From Octopus vulgaris (lineage: Eukaryota), in contig OX597827.1 in the NCBI GenBank assembly GCA_951406725.2, positions 34,410,001-34,474,000 of the forward strand: a stretch of DNA of 64,000 nt. Reading direction: 5' to 3'. The notes under the pieces are model-generated. The model did no database searches. It worked only from the letters and a program-made list of their open reading frames with translations, and was not told the origin of the DNA. The position numbers were made by a program, and so were the translations under genes. Within the stretch, counting starts at the first letter, position 1. The number at the start of each line of letters is the position of its first letter. Of this stretch, positions 23,742-37,221 are shown one piece after another.

Positions 23742-24428
23742 CTGGAAAAGGAAAAAGAAGGGAAGTTATTTCTCCCTATGCTATAAAAGAGATCTATGTT
23801 GTCATGACATCTTTTACAGTATAGGGTGATGAATTACGATCACTACTATTCCTTGAACACACACCCTTAACTATACACACGCGAAACAATGAATATATAA
23901 TATATTTGCAAACAACTTTAGAATACAATGTTTAATGGTCATTTTATACCCAGTCTCTTTTCACAGTGAAACTAATAACATAATTATTAAACATTTGATT
24001 GTCACTTTATATACAAATTTAATATCACATAAGTTTGAAGTGTGTGTGCGTATGTGTGTATGTGGGCACGCGCAAATCAGGAGGGTGGAGTGTTGAATTT
24101 TTTATTTATAACTTTACATGTTTCCATGACAGTTACTCCATGATTACCTCAGGTTCATATTAGGCCATCTTCCCGTTGATGTTAGTTCATCAGAAGTCTC
24201 ATGTAAAAGGAATAATTATGATTTTGTAATAGAAACTTTATCTTTGAAAGAGAGGTATAATAGTAAAATTTCAGATACACAATCTCAGTCTCAGTTTGAA
24301 GAGGTCAGGTACAAATGATAGTATAAAAATTAAATATATCAAATACTCTGTTCGAAAAGCATAACATGGTCAGTTAAGTAGAATCAAATGACTTTACATC
24401 ATATATATAGAGACATACAATGAGATAC

Positions 24429-24570
<142 letters not shown>

Positions 24571-24699
24571 CTATTTATCTATCAACATATGTGTGTGTTT
24601 TTCTTTGAGCTTAAATTCTTGAGAGAGTTCAAGTCGGTTGCTAAAAAAGCAAGAAGACTTTTTGAGTCAAGAGATTTGTGGTTGAATTGGTGTATTGGT

Positions 24700-25210
24700 T
24701 GAACTGTCAATGCATACAACCAAGTGTGTGCATCTATTCACATAATAATCTCAGAAGGAGGATTTTGGGAATGTCCTACAAATCTTCATTGAGTCAATAA
24801 TAGATAGGATTTGGAGAATCCGCGTCACTTTCTTTTGCTCATTTTCTGCGAAACTAAGTGTTTCTAGGCTTTTGTGTAAATTTGTTGGTACGTAACCTAA
24901 TGCACCGATGATAATTACAAATGAGAATTCATAGTCAGAGTGTAAGAGCTGTAAGTTTCGCATTAATTCGCTATAAACGTTCTCTTTTTCCTAAACTTTT
25001 GATTGTACATTCACATCCGTTAGGCAGCTGACTTCTACAACAACGCATGACTTTTGTTCCCTGCTACATAGAACAATATCAGGTCCGTTATGTTTGCAAC
25101 GAATTGATGCTTTTTTTTTATTGGAGTGTTCTACAAATATTTCATTTCTTAAAGCTGTGAATACCTGCTGCTTCTGACATACCTTTGATGCATACAACAG
25201 GGCAGTCATT
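24700..25210 (-). mobile_element. RLE-type (R4/Dong-like) LINE 3' fragment
   Basis: CKHNGPDIV..VVVEVSC..D.NV..K..EK.NVYSEL..FVIIIGALGYV. Confidence 0.7.
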
Positions 25211-26836
25211 CCTACAGATAATAATGTAAATAGTTTTTGCTCCCAGCTCTTTGCCTTCTAAGTTCAAATTTTGCGACAGCTAACTGGATAGTGGACTTAA
25301 TCCGTCGCCAGGTTTAACACCACTACCTGGTTACCTTCGTGACTTTAACGGAGTCCACTCTGTTGCAAACATTCGAGATTAAGTTTATGGTTAGAGAATA
25401 CTTTCTTCCCTTCCTCCCACTTCTTCTAGCCACGGGATCCTTCATTGGTGCTGTCTTTTCTCCTGGTTAAAAAATTGTGTGTGTGCGTCCCCTGAGTATG
25501 ATTTTAAAATGGCACTTGGTAGTGGGGCACTGGTTCAGGAGTTCCTGGGTTCTGAAGAGTGTGGAACCACTTTTTAACCACAGCTGTTCCCAGGTCTACT
25601 CTGTCCCGGAGTAATAGCATCTACCAAGTTCCCAGGTAGAGTTAATAAGCATATGTAATGATAATCAATCTGCGCATGGAGTCGCAGAAATACTCTTGAT
25701 TGGTGTCAGGGCATGCAGTCAAACTACCGGGAGTGATGAGCTCATAGCTGTGTCACAGCATCCTTCTAGTAAGGGGACACGCTGATGTAAAACCTGCGGT
25801 TTCACGTGATTACTGGTCATCTCGCTTCGGCCTGTCACTGAGTACTAACCATGGAGTTTCAAACAGTGGTATTTGTGTGGTACAAGCGTTTATCGTTTAT
25901 CACTATAATCCAATGACGTACAGGTGTGTCTTTATGGTGATCTCATTTGTTATTCCATCTACAGAAAGTATTGAAAAGTGAGAATGAGTGCTCAACACCG
26001 CATTTGAGGGATAAATATTCTTTAGTTGCGTACTAACACTACCAATTGTTTCATTTGGAAAACAATTTCCACAATCTTTAAGTGTTCCACTTAAAAATGC
26101 TGGTTATCGGCTCTATTTTGAATGAGAATGTGTGTGTGCACGCGCGTGCGTGCGTGCATGTGTGTGGGGTGCGTATGCGCGCGTGCATGCGTGTGTGTAA
26201 TCCAAATTATCGAAACTCATGAATCTCAATGAATTGTTTATTTATGTGTACTTCGAGATCCAGTATTTCAAAACAGAATTATTTCACGTTCTCTCAAAAG
26301 TTTTTAAAATTCTTACGGCGTCAATAAAATGTTTTAGTCTCGCCATCAGGAGGGAAGGGCCCACAACAGAGAGGGAAGAATGGAGGAAATAATGTTTGCA
26401 AGAGCGTTGAATCCGTTAAATGCAGCAGTGTGTTAGATGACAGATTTAAATATACTATATATGTATACCACAGCAGGATTTGAAATCGGAACTCAGAGAG
26501 TCGGAACAACTATCGCAAAGTATTATGACTCAGTAGCATGTACCATGCTTTCGCTAACCTTGGCACCAGCCCACCTCCCTAGAATGGTACTTAATTTCTC
26601 GACCTGTAAATGGGCATATTTCCCACCTCATTATAATAGTGAAACGAGGAGCTGTGTCAACATTTGATAGAATGCGCCACAACGTTTGTTGGGACTCTCT
26701 CGCTCTAAATTCAGATCCCACAGAGGTCAACTTTGTCTTTATATTGGATGAAAATTTGAAAACTTTGTTGATATATTTATTTTGAATTTTTCAGTTGTTT
26801 TAATAATTGTCGAGTTAGGAATGGATTGATACTTAC

Positions 26837-26920
26837 CTCTAGAAATACATATTGATATCAATAGTATTTGAAATAATGTTTCCTTGGCAAAGATCTGTCG
26901 AAATACATCAGCTATTTTTA
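26837..26920 (-). CDS. Mucin-like membrane protein, signal-peptide exon
   Basis: Acceptor TTCTAATATTCTTTATTCTTCTTTATATAG, donor AG|GTAAGT; 84 nt, phase 1-1; (V)KIADVFRQIFAKETLFQILLISICISR joins in frame to the Thr-rich exon. Confidence 0.6.
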
Positions 26921-27230
26921 CTATATAAAGAAGAATAAAGAATATTAGAAAGATGATGACGATGATAATGATGATCATGTTGATGATAATTGTGATGATG
27001 GTGGTGATATAGGGAATCCAGTGTTAATGTACATATGTTGTGGCTGTATATATAGGAGACCTAGTGCATTGTGTCTGTCCCTTACACTTGTGTACACACA
27101 TACACACACATACACGCACACACATACACACACATACACGCACACATGTACACACACATACACAAACATTCATACACACATACACACAACGTAAAAATTT
27201 GTCATTCGGCTCGCAGCAAATGCACAAAAT

Positions 27231-28126
27231 TGTGTTTTTTGTGTCGTCTTCTAAATGTTTCACGTTCTTGTCCCAGTTTGTATATTTTTTTACTTTTACA
27301 TATATACATGGCGGCTACGTACCCACTTTTTGACCCTATACGTAAGTATATTACTCTCTAACATTGGTACGACTCTACTACACTGTCTCTTCCCCCCATC
27401 CTCTCCTACATTTCTCTGCCTTCACCCTTTGCACTCCCCTTGATCTGTCTCTTTCCCTCTCTTTCTTCTCCTCCTTTGTTCCCCTTCTTTCTTTCTCTCT
27501 TCCTCCGTCCCCCCTCTCCCACATTTCTCTGCCTCTCACACCTTACACCCCACTTGACCTGTCTCTTTCCCTCTCTTTCCTCTCCTCCCTTGTTCCCCTT
27601 CTTTCTCTCTTCACCTGTCCCTTTCTCCTCTCTTTTGTGCTCACGTGACCAGCCAGCGACTACTGCCTTTTCGCATCCAGCAGTCATTGTGGCAACACGT
27701 ATTTGTTTGTTCTCCGTGGCCTTAAGGCACTCTTCCTTAGCCAGTCCTAAACTTAACTCGTCCTGTCGAAAAGACGCTTGTCCTGACGTCCTGGTTTTGT
27801 TATTGTTTTTACGTATTTTGTATTCTTATTCGTGCTATCATTATCGTTTTTACGTATTTTCGTATTTTTATTCTTGTAACATCGTCTGGCTTCCGTCCCT
27901 GTGTTGTATACATTCGAGGCTTTCTTCCAAGGAATTTAATGCGCTTGGCTTAGATTTCCCTTGGGGCTGCCCAGATCGGAGCAATCTCAAGATTAATCAG
28001 CCGAAATTGCGAAGATGATCCGGTTCTTGACTGATGATTGAGGGCTTCGAATGTCCCGTCCGTGTTTTTGTGTCGTCTTCTAAATGTTTCACGTTCTTGT
28101 CCCAGTTTGTATATTTTTTTACTTTT

Positions 28127-28133
<7 letters not shown>
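27231..28133 (+). mobile_element. About 900-bp non-coding element with about 70-bp terminal direct repeats
   Basis: GTGTCGTCTTCTAAATGTTTCACGTTCTTGTCCCAGTTTGTATATTTTTTTACTTTTACA at both 27241 and 28070; internal CT-rich tandem duplication 27385-27615. Confidence 0.75.
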
Positions 28134-28159
<26 letters not shown>

Positions 28160-28166
<7 letters not shown>

Positions 28167-28815
28167 GTAAAAATGAAAAATCAACGAACATGCATATTGT
28201 AGATATAAAAAGGCTATTTATGACAGGTAGTGACAAATATATACATTTAGAGTATTACTAGTCAAAAAGGTCATTATTATTGATGATTATAAGAAGTTAA
28301 TAATAATAAGGTAAGAGACTGAAACGAACCAATTGGTTTTCGCGTTAGCTATTCATCGTTTGAACAACATAAAAGAGATTATTTGTAAGGGATGTAAGTA
28401 GTTCTGGATTATATGTATAAGGGAGGTAAGTAGTTCAGGAATTAGAAATGTGAGTGATGTAGAAAGTGTATAGGGTTTACTGGTTTAAATTGAAGAGTTA
28501 GTGGTGTTCTGTATTGAGTTGTGTGTTCACATTCAGTTGGGGGAGAAATTTGTTGAAAAATGACTCTTTATTCAACATTTATTGCATTGTGGTGTTCTGT
28601 GAGTATTGGTAAAAGGGAAATATTTGGAAATTGGGATTAAGATTCCTGGCACATCTTTCTATGTGTTCACTCACCTTTAACTGTCTGTATTGTGGGTGGC
28701 GGATTTGCTCTCTGTGAATGGTGATTCTTTGACGGAGCGAAATTCCTGTTGGTCCAATATAGAGTTTAGCGCATCCTATGCATGTCATGACATAGATTAC
28801 AATTGCCGAGGCGCA
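28160..28815 (-). mobile_element. Penelope-like 3' fragment (GIY-YIG + terminal repeat)
   Basis: IYVMTCIGCAKLYIGPTG.SLRQRITIHREQIR..VSEHIERC..FQIFPFYQ; related to 12821-13130. Confidence 0.85.
28322..28361 (-). ncRNA. Hammerhead with A3-U8 variant core
   Basis: AAACG-AUGAAUA-GC(UAAC)GC-GAAAA-CCAAUUGG-UU-CGUUU; palindromic stem III, 5-bp stem I, one extra A. Confidence 0.65.
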
Positions 28816-28945
28816 GTAAAGAAATAAGAATATGTACTAGGCTTTAAAAAAAAGACCCGGAGTCGATTTGTTCGGCTAAAACCCTTCGAGGTAGTGCCCC
28901 TGAATTGCTGCAGTCAAATGACTGAAACAAGTAAACGATAAAAAG

Positions 28946-29057
<112 letters not shown>

Positions 29058-29082
29058 CAATATCGTCTCTCATTGCTATCTT

Positions 29083-30092
29083 CACTGTTTGAGAAGAGTA
29101 TTAAGAATAACCTCGGTCGAGATTACAAACATCTTCGGCTAGTTCAACATTGTTGTAAACACTAATTCGATTGGCTGACACGTTGGTCCCTACTACGTTC
29201 GCACCGCTGGTTATCACTTGACGCGATTTGCCTCCGCTTATTTTCGCGCCATAGTTCCAAGCAGCCAATCACAGCTTTCCATTTCTGAAGTTCATTGGGA
29301 CCCATGTAAACCTTATAAAATAAGGTTTCTCAGACAAATATCCGTCTTAGGCTTTTAGTTGTTTTCAGAGCTAAGTCTCTGACCACAGAGCTCGTCTGTC
29401 GGCTTAAGACCTTCTAAGGTCTTGGTCGGAGACCATATAACCAGACATAACGGCATTACCAACTCCGTCGCTACCTACGAAGATTTAGCTCGTACATAAG
29501 ATGGCTACAAACCCAACTCATACTGTTTGTGTGAAAACCACACCACGGAAAACAGTTGCAGGAATCTATATCAAGAGGAACAAAAACCAAGCAAACATCG
29601 TCCCTAGCTACGAAGTTTTAAATAGTACACAAGACTATCACAGATTCCACTATAGCGGTTAGGTGAAATCTCACCACGGAAAAAACGGCTACAGTTAACA
29701 TATCTGGAGTATATTCATATCAAGAGAAAGATAAACGCAACAAGCGATTCAACAGATGTCAGCTCCGAGACACAACATCTTGATATTGAACTATTACACC
29801 TCGTGTACCTCATAAACAGTAAATCAATTACCTGTCTTTAGTTCTTGTAAGAACTAGCTTCAGAGACAGCGCTAAACAACAAAATGATACAAGGGTTCCT
29901 TAACCACTATGCCAATGTACGCTCAACACCCAAAGACTGCTATCTTCCACCATCAGGTACTTTTCTATGTCAACCACATTCATTGTTCTGTCACACACTA
30001 ACACACAGACACATACACGTGTTTCATGCTCCCATACACTTCCAACCTTAACTTCATTGTAAATAAAATCTTATCTTGCCTCTCAAACAGTG
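29083..30092 (+). mobile_element. 1-kb LTR-like element with 12-bp terminal inverted repeats
   Basis: CACTGTTTGAGA...TCTCAAACAGTG; CCAAT boxes (29170, 29264), TATAAAA (about 29314), AATAAA at 30062; two degenerate 135-bp internal repeats; no clear TSD. Confidence 0.55.
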
Positions 30093-30246
30093 ACTTGTTG
30101 TCCATCCCTTATGTTCTATTGTGCTGCATGTATAAATGGTTTGTCTAACTCAATAAGAATGGGATCGCGTGCGATTGTATTACTATATGATACGACCACA
30201 TGTAATCCCGTTTTATATATATATATATACACTCACACACACACAC

Positions 30247-30497
30247 ATATTACCTGCCCAAACTGCAAAGAAAATTACCTTGGCGAAACAAACAATTCCC
30301 TCTGCCAACGGGCAAGAATCCACAGGCAACATATCCGACAAGAGGAATTACGCAAGATTCCATTAAGCAAGCATCTGGAAATATGCAGCGACGGAAAATT
30401 CAAAATTTTTCCCTTTTACAAATGTGCACGGGACGATCCGCAATACCGAAAAGCAAAAAATTTCATTAAAAAATTCTCTCTAAAATTGAATGTTTGA
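30247..30497 (+). mobile_element. Penelope-like GIY-YIG fragment
   Basis: ITCPNCKENYLGETNNSLCQRARIHRQHIR..LSKHLEICS..FKIFPFYKC. Confidence 0.8.
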
Positions 30498-30594
30498 AAG
30501 AAACGCAGAGACAGTATATTTTGTAAGAGTTATACTCATGTTCTTTAACGCAAAATCATGAAATTGAAAGAGGCGTGATCGAAGTTATACAGTA

Positions 30595-31439
30595 CTAGCA
30601 GAATTGCCCGGCGTTGCTCGGGGCTGAATTGCTTGAAAGTACTGTTAATGATTGCACTGAATTATGATGATTATTCAGGCAAATATTGATATAAGCTTAC
30701 GGTGGGAGATAAGGACTTAACGATCAAACGTGTGCCATTGCATTGTTTTGGGGGAACCAAATTTCTGATGAGCATTATAGGGGCACCAACTTTAAGTTTG
30801 AGAAAGTGTGGTGGTAGTCCGGGGTGCTCAAAGGAATTGAGTACCTCTATTGGATAGTTGATGACGTCCTCTGGGTCAGGAGTTGTATCGATAGACTGAT
30901 ATACATAGACTTCCCCAGGAATGAGTTTTAGCATTTCATCATTAATATGGTGAACAGTTTTATTCCTCGGGGCCAGTATAGCCTTTTTGCCAATCCAATC
31001 CATATTCTGATAATTAGCTTGTAGATCTGGGAACACTGCATCTCTGAGATCAGAAGGCGTCTTAACAATGGTACAAATGGAATCGATGGCAATATTACCA
31101 TTTTCATCCCCTGGTATTTTACCTTCGCCAAGTGCAAGGAGGGTGTGAGGAAATGCTGCTGATGTGATATTACGTCGCATATGAGCACGCATATTGGTGT
31201 GAGGTTTGAGAGTTACTTCCGTTTATTTTTAAAAATATGCATTAAAATGGAAAAAAATGATGGTAAATTATTTGTAAAATCATAGACTCATCGTAGACGC
31301 GCGCTAATACCCAGAAGGGCTCGATATGAATCACGACTATAAGATACCCGGTTTTGGTTAAACTGCATCGCAAAATGTGGGAGTAGTTAGGAATCTAAAT
31401 CGGAGTAGACAGACACACAACCTTTCTTTTATATATAAA
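30595..31439 (-). mobile_element. Helitron derivative carrying central PIF1 helicase segment
   Basis: Same termini as 22242 and 55833; NMRA..LL.LGEG..AILAPRN..GLPPH.LKLKVGAPIMLIRNL..CNGTRL (30671-31192). Confidence 0.88.
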
Positions 31440-31590
31440 TATTTTCGTCCTAAAAAACTTTGTATGGATTGAATGGTTACCTCTATGGAAATATATACAC
31501 GCACATTATACATACATGTGTGTATAGATGAATATATAAATACATTTAAATATCTATATACACTTTTGGGCGATCTTTCTGCTACTTGGA

Positions 31591-32046
31591 TATAGGGCGA
31601 TGTTTCCGTAAACGTAGCACACGTTTCCGTCGATTTCCGTAAAAAATGTAAACACTGAATCGGCCATACATACATACATACATACACACATACATACACA
31701 CACACACACACACACATACATGCATACATACATATACACATAAACCGAGTAAAAAATTTCAGTTATCTCTCTCTTTCACACATTACTCTCTCTGTCTCTT
31801 CACACACACTAACAGAAGCACTTCACTTACACAACATACTGTCTGTCTCCCACACTCCATCAAACACACACACACACACACATGTACATCAATGCGTCCC
31901 ATGCACGGTAACTTCAAAAGAACTTCCCTCGTCATACAATCGCTTTCTCTTAGTCTCTTTCGCTCTCATTACTTATGTAAAAAAATAAGTTTTTTACGGA
32001 AATCGACGGAAACCTGTGCTACGACAAGCGAAACATCGCCGATATA
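31591..32046. mobile_element. MITE with about 55-bp TIRs and (CA)n interior
   Basis: TATAGGGCGATGTTTC..GTAGCACACGTTTCCGTCGATTTCCGTAAAAAA versus TTTTTTACGGAAATCGACGGAAACCTGTGCTAC..GAAACATCGCCGATATA. Confidence 0.7.
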
Positions 32047-32714
32047 GGTCTTATATTCGTCCTAAAATACTTTCCTGTCACACACTCACGCACACGCACG
32101 CACACACACACACACACACGCACGCACCCTCACACACACACACGCACACACACACTCACACACACGCACGTTAGCTTACAATTTTATTTATATATTTGCA
32201 TGTCTATGTGTGTAAAGAGGAAGTGGCAGACTGAAAGAGTCACTCACTACAAAAGGTGAATTACTTTCATTTTATTCCTTGCACACTGTGTGTGTGCGTG
32301 TGCGTGTGGTGTAAATCACATTAAGAAAAGCATTTGACATACACACCAGAATGTGAGTTTTCTGTAAATTTTGCTTAATTGGAGTTTAAATTTTAAAAAG
32401 TGGACCTGGCAAAACCCGATGCATTCTACTCTTAAAAATGCTAAGTAAATTGTAATTGAAGAAATCCTATATTGTAGATTTCTATAACTGACAAAGGGAG
32501 GCAGATAAAATCTGCCTTTTATAATAAGAGATAAACATGGACATGTTCCCAAACACACACACACACACACACACACACTTCATTAAGGGATTCTCCCCAA
32601 AATTGAATGTTTGGAGCTAAAGTGGAGAATTTGAATTCTTTATTCCAAATGTGACTCATCTCTACAAATTTTCTGATGTATATATGTGCAGCATTAGGAT
32701 GTTCTAGCTTTACG

Positions 32715-32849
<135 letters not shown>

Positions 32850-33210
32850 GTGTATATATATATTTCATTTTATTTTATTTATTTATTGATTTTTCAAATT
32901 GTTAATTTGAAAATAATGTGTTTTCATGCAGAACTACATTTCATCAAAAAATTCCCTCGCAAAACGAACGTTTGGAAGGGGTGACAGTACATTTTGTATT
33001 CTAAATGTAACTCAAAGAAGACAAAAAGAAAGAAAGAGGGAAAAAAAGAAGGGAAAAGAGAAAGAGAGAAAGAAAGCAAAATGACTTTCAGTGATGACCA
33101 AACCGTACCTGCTTATTTTTGGAAGAGGTCACCATTCTTAAACCCATTCCAATACAATGGTAATGGATTAAATAAATAAATAAATGAGTGATGAATAGGA
33201 AGGGGGATAC

Positions 33211-33271
<61 letters not shown>

Positions 33272-33634
33272 TTCCTATCTGTCTATCTATCTGACTATTT
33301 ATCTATCTATCTATCTATCAACCTATCTACCTACCTATATTTCTATCTATCCATCTATCCATTGTCATGGAACCTCACCCAAAAAACAAAAACAATGTTC
33401 TCTTCTAAACAAAACCCCGCAAAATCATCTGTTTTATATAAATGAACATGCTGTTTGTACATTTACAAAACATTATTTGACAAGTTCGAGAAAGGAACGA
33501 AAGCGTTAATAATAATGAAGAAATATAAAGATTTTTTTCCAAAATTCTGACGACTATTTTTCTTAATATTCAATTTCTGTACATCACACCTAATACTCTA
33601 TACACACACACACACACGCGCGCATTATATATAT

Positions 33635-33740
33635 ATTCCTCGAGGTGCAACGTGGACTGGAGCAACGTGAAATGAATTACTTTTGCGTTGCCAGAATCGT
33701 AAGATCATGAGTACAACACCCAAACCATTAAACGACGTGC

Positions 33741-33780
<40 letters not shown>

Positions 33781-33990
33781 ACACACATATACAATACACA
33801 TACACACGCACACGTACTTACACAAATAATTAATAGCGACAGAAATTATATTAATACCGAAAAGTAATATTTATCCCCACAACCTTTCTACGTTTAATGG
33901 TTTGGGTGTTGTACTCATGATCTTACGATTCTAGCAACGCAAAAGTAATTCATTTCACATTGCTCCAGTCCACGTTGCACCTCGAGGAAT
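33635..33990. repeat. Near-perfect 100-bp inverted duplication at the 5' junction of a HERO fragment
   Basis: 33635-33734 is the reverse complement of 33891-33990 (about 2 mismatches seen). Confidence 0.9.
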
Positions 33991-34395
33991 GTGAAGACGC
34001 AGGCTGGAAAGCAGAGCAGTTTCCAATCGAAATCGGATGTAGAGGGTTTGTTGGAAACACTGTGAGGCAACTGCTGTTATCGTTAGGCCTAACTCATCGT
34101 AAAGTCAATACCACCATGACCGATATCCAAACTACAGTGGAAAAGGCTAGCCACTGGATTTAGTTAAAAAGAGACAATGAGCGATGGCTAGAAGAATATT
34201 GAGCTTTATTTGATAACCGGCTGATCTAGCAAGCGGGGCCTCATATCAGTGAGGGGCGGGCCGGTGCGCATTAATGCCGTCGAGAAATAGGCTCCGAAAC
34301 GGTGCACATTCTCTCCAGATGACCCACACACTTACTGGCTTCCGGTATGCGGAGGTCTCGACTGGTAGCACCTGCATGTGCAAGTTGTTTGCAAA
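33985..34395 (+). mobile_element. HERO-clade RLE retrotransposon 3' end
   Basis: ECEDAGWKAEQFPIEIGCRGFVG..LLLSLG..VEKASHWI*LKR followed by a GC-rich 3' UTR. Confidence 0.7.
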
Positions 34396-34465
34396 ATATA
34401 TATGTGTGTGTGTGCGTGTGTAAATACATAAATGTGTATATGTATGTGTGAGAGAGAGAGAGAGA

Positions 34466-34554
<89 letters not shown>

Positions 34555-34579
34555 TAGATATATGTGTGTATATGTACAT

Positions 34580-34995
34580 ATACCATTTGTACCAGCAAAA
34601 TTGGCGTTTGGCCATACTAATACAAGTTTTTGTAAGAATCAATGAAATACCTCATTGTGATATTTAGCTAGAAAAAGAGCAGGCTGAAATCGTTTTGTGC
34701 CGCCTCACCATGTCTTCCTAAATTAGCAGTGTTGAGAGGACTTCAGTAACGGTACCAACATTCATTCTCTGGCTTCCATCTTAAAAGTCCATTCAAGAAC
34801 CATCAAGAGAATTGTAAATAAGTTTGAAGAAGAGGGAATAGTGGAGAGGAAAACGGGATCAGGATGGTCATAACCGCAAAAGGGATCATCATTTCAATCT
34901 GGAGCGGAAGAGATCAATCAGAAGAGATCTATCTCAATCCATAAGACTCTTGAAGTAAAATATTTTTTCTGCTATACTATTTATTCCACACCCTT
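34580..34995 (+). mobile_element. Tc1-like remnant (HTH region)
   Basis: LKVHSRTIKRIVNKFEEEGIVERKTGSG at about 34780-34865. Confidence 0.5.
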
Positions 34996-35336
34996 TCAAA
35001 ATTTCTCCCAGGCATTACCCATTACAATTCGTCTTGGTCTAACGGCCCTAAATGTCTGTCTTCGTCGATTGTTTACTTCCGTACGTCTGTTCTGTTGTTG
35101 TTTGTTCGTTCAAAAGTCTAACATTCCACAAATTTTATATTTTTTAATTTCTGGATGCTGCTGTCTTGTGAAGTTTTCCTGTCTTGTCGTTAAAAGCATG
35201 AAACATGGAGTAATGTTACAGTCGACAACTGAGGAGTGTTTAGACTTCTTTGGGCATTTTGTCTCGTACTTATCTCTCGTTGTGTGTTTACATATTTTCT
35301 CGCATTGGTGATATCTTGTTTTTAATGTGTATTTTC

Positions 35337-35373
<37 letters not shown>

Positions 35374-35469
35374 TGCTTTGCTCAAGAACACAACACAGCG
35401 TCCGGTCTGGGAATCGAACCCACGATCTCGCAATCGTGAGTGCAACACCCTAACCACTTCCGCACGCTC

Positions 35470-36055
35470 GGTTGTCCATTTGGTTCTGTTGCTGTTACTT
35501 CTGCCTCGTAAACAACTGTCCCCACATTGCAGTGGCCGTTCAGTGGACAAGTTGTGTTACCCCTGCATGAGCATCCTGCCTCTGCCTCGGGTGTGGGCCT
35601 ACTTACTAAAATCTTTTTTACACTAGGTGCACAGTCAAAGGATGATCTCAGGGTATGTCTATTAAATATTTTGTTGAATCTATTGGTACGGAGGAAGTGT
35701 CTATCAACTAAACAAAGAAAGATCTTACCTACTCTGGTCTTAACGTTTAAAGAGGATGGCGGCGTGAAGCACAATACTTTCCGGTGACGCTTTCTCTTGA
35801 GGGGGCTAGGGTCTGACATGTAACTAATATTATCCTTGAAGCTGCTGGGCGGCAGCATCAAAGTTCTCTTTGCTTGAAGGCAAGTCCTCCTTCAACATCC
35901 CAGAGAGACGTAACACCACAACTCTAGCCAAGCACGTCTGAGCTTTGAAAGAAATCCCCACAGAGTACAGTATAAAGTGGAAGATCCTAAAAATCGAAAA
36001 CCGGACTTCAATTGCATCAGGAAGTGCAGATTATGCCTGGCTGAGAAGATTCTTT
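35470..36055. mobile_element. Penelope-like fragment with internal inversion
   Basis: Minus 35845-35470: RKRHRKVLCFTPP.SLNVKT.VGKIFL..KIFNRHTL..CSC..CPLNGHC..VVYEAEV. Plus 35880-36055: KSSFN..TTLAKHV*ALKE..IKWKIL..CRLCLAEK. Confidence 0.8.
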
Positions 36056-36889
36056 CATAGGGTTCATAGTATGTGATTATGCTTCCTACATCACTGGAGC
36101 TTCTTATATTTGTATCCTCATGGTAGCTTTTCTACAGATTTTATACCATAATATTCTAGCCGCATCACACCTCTTAAGAAAGTCATTCTCTAATGACATC
36201 TGGGGACTGCTGCTTATGGTTATTTATGTCTCTGTTACTTTGAAGCTTTCTGATAATCGTACATGACTGATAGTCTTTTTTTCAGATGGCTTGTTGTGCA
36301 ACTTTTCTGGTTGTATATCTCTGGTCGTCAAGCAGGGAATACTTTCAGAGAAGTACCTTACCAACCCTTATCATGTTATCTACTTAATGAAGACAACATC
36401 AAGAGAGTTTGATCTGCAGACTTAATCCATAGCTGAACTTCGTGACTTGGTAAGTAAATGCCGAACTGGTCGATCTATCTAGTTTCTGGTCTGGTGAGAC
36501 CTTCATCAGAGAAAGATTATCTACTTTCTGTGCCCAGAATCATTTATAAAGTAACATACTCGGATATATACAAACTTGTTTGTCTAAATTTCATAGCAGT
36601 ATATATATAACCTTTCGAGAGACCGTAAAATAATTTTTTTTTAATATAATAGTATATCCAGAAGTAAACACATAATGCTATAAACCCAGTATTTACATGT
36701 TTATAGATTTATATGTGTGCTTCGAGATATACTATTCCAAAAAAAGAATATAGTTATATGTGAGCATGTATGTGTGTGTATTTATGTATGTGCGTATTTT
36801 ATCTGATTCACTGCTTTAACACACACACACACACACACACACACAGAAGTATAAACTAACACAGCCATAAATACATTCATATACATACA

Positions 36890-36962
<73 letters not shown>

Positions 36963-36998
36963 ATGTATATATATGTGTGTATATGTATATATACATAC

Positions 36999-37057
<59 letters not shown>

Positions 37058-37101
37058 TACATGTATGTATAAACGTGTATAAATAAAAATGTTTATGTAT
37101 G

Positions 37102-37138
<37 letters not shown>

Positions 37139-37221
37139 ATACATAAATGAACATACGAACATATATATACGCAAATATACAAGCATATAAAAATATATGC
37201 TCATATATGACTACACACAAA

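Noticed and set aside
23163-23786. 207-aa plus-strand LTQS-repeat ORF
   Set aside because: Antisense shadow of the Thr-rich exon; splice signals and synonymous variation support the minus strand.
25900-25960. Possible extra exon of the mucin-like gene (TTTCTGTAG acceptor on minus strand)
   Set aside because: In-frame stop after about 18 codons and no convincing phase-1 donor.
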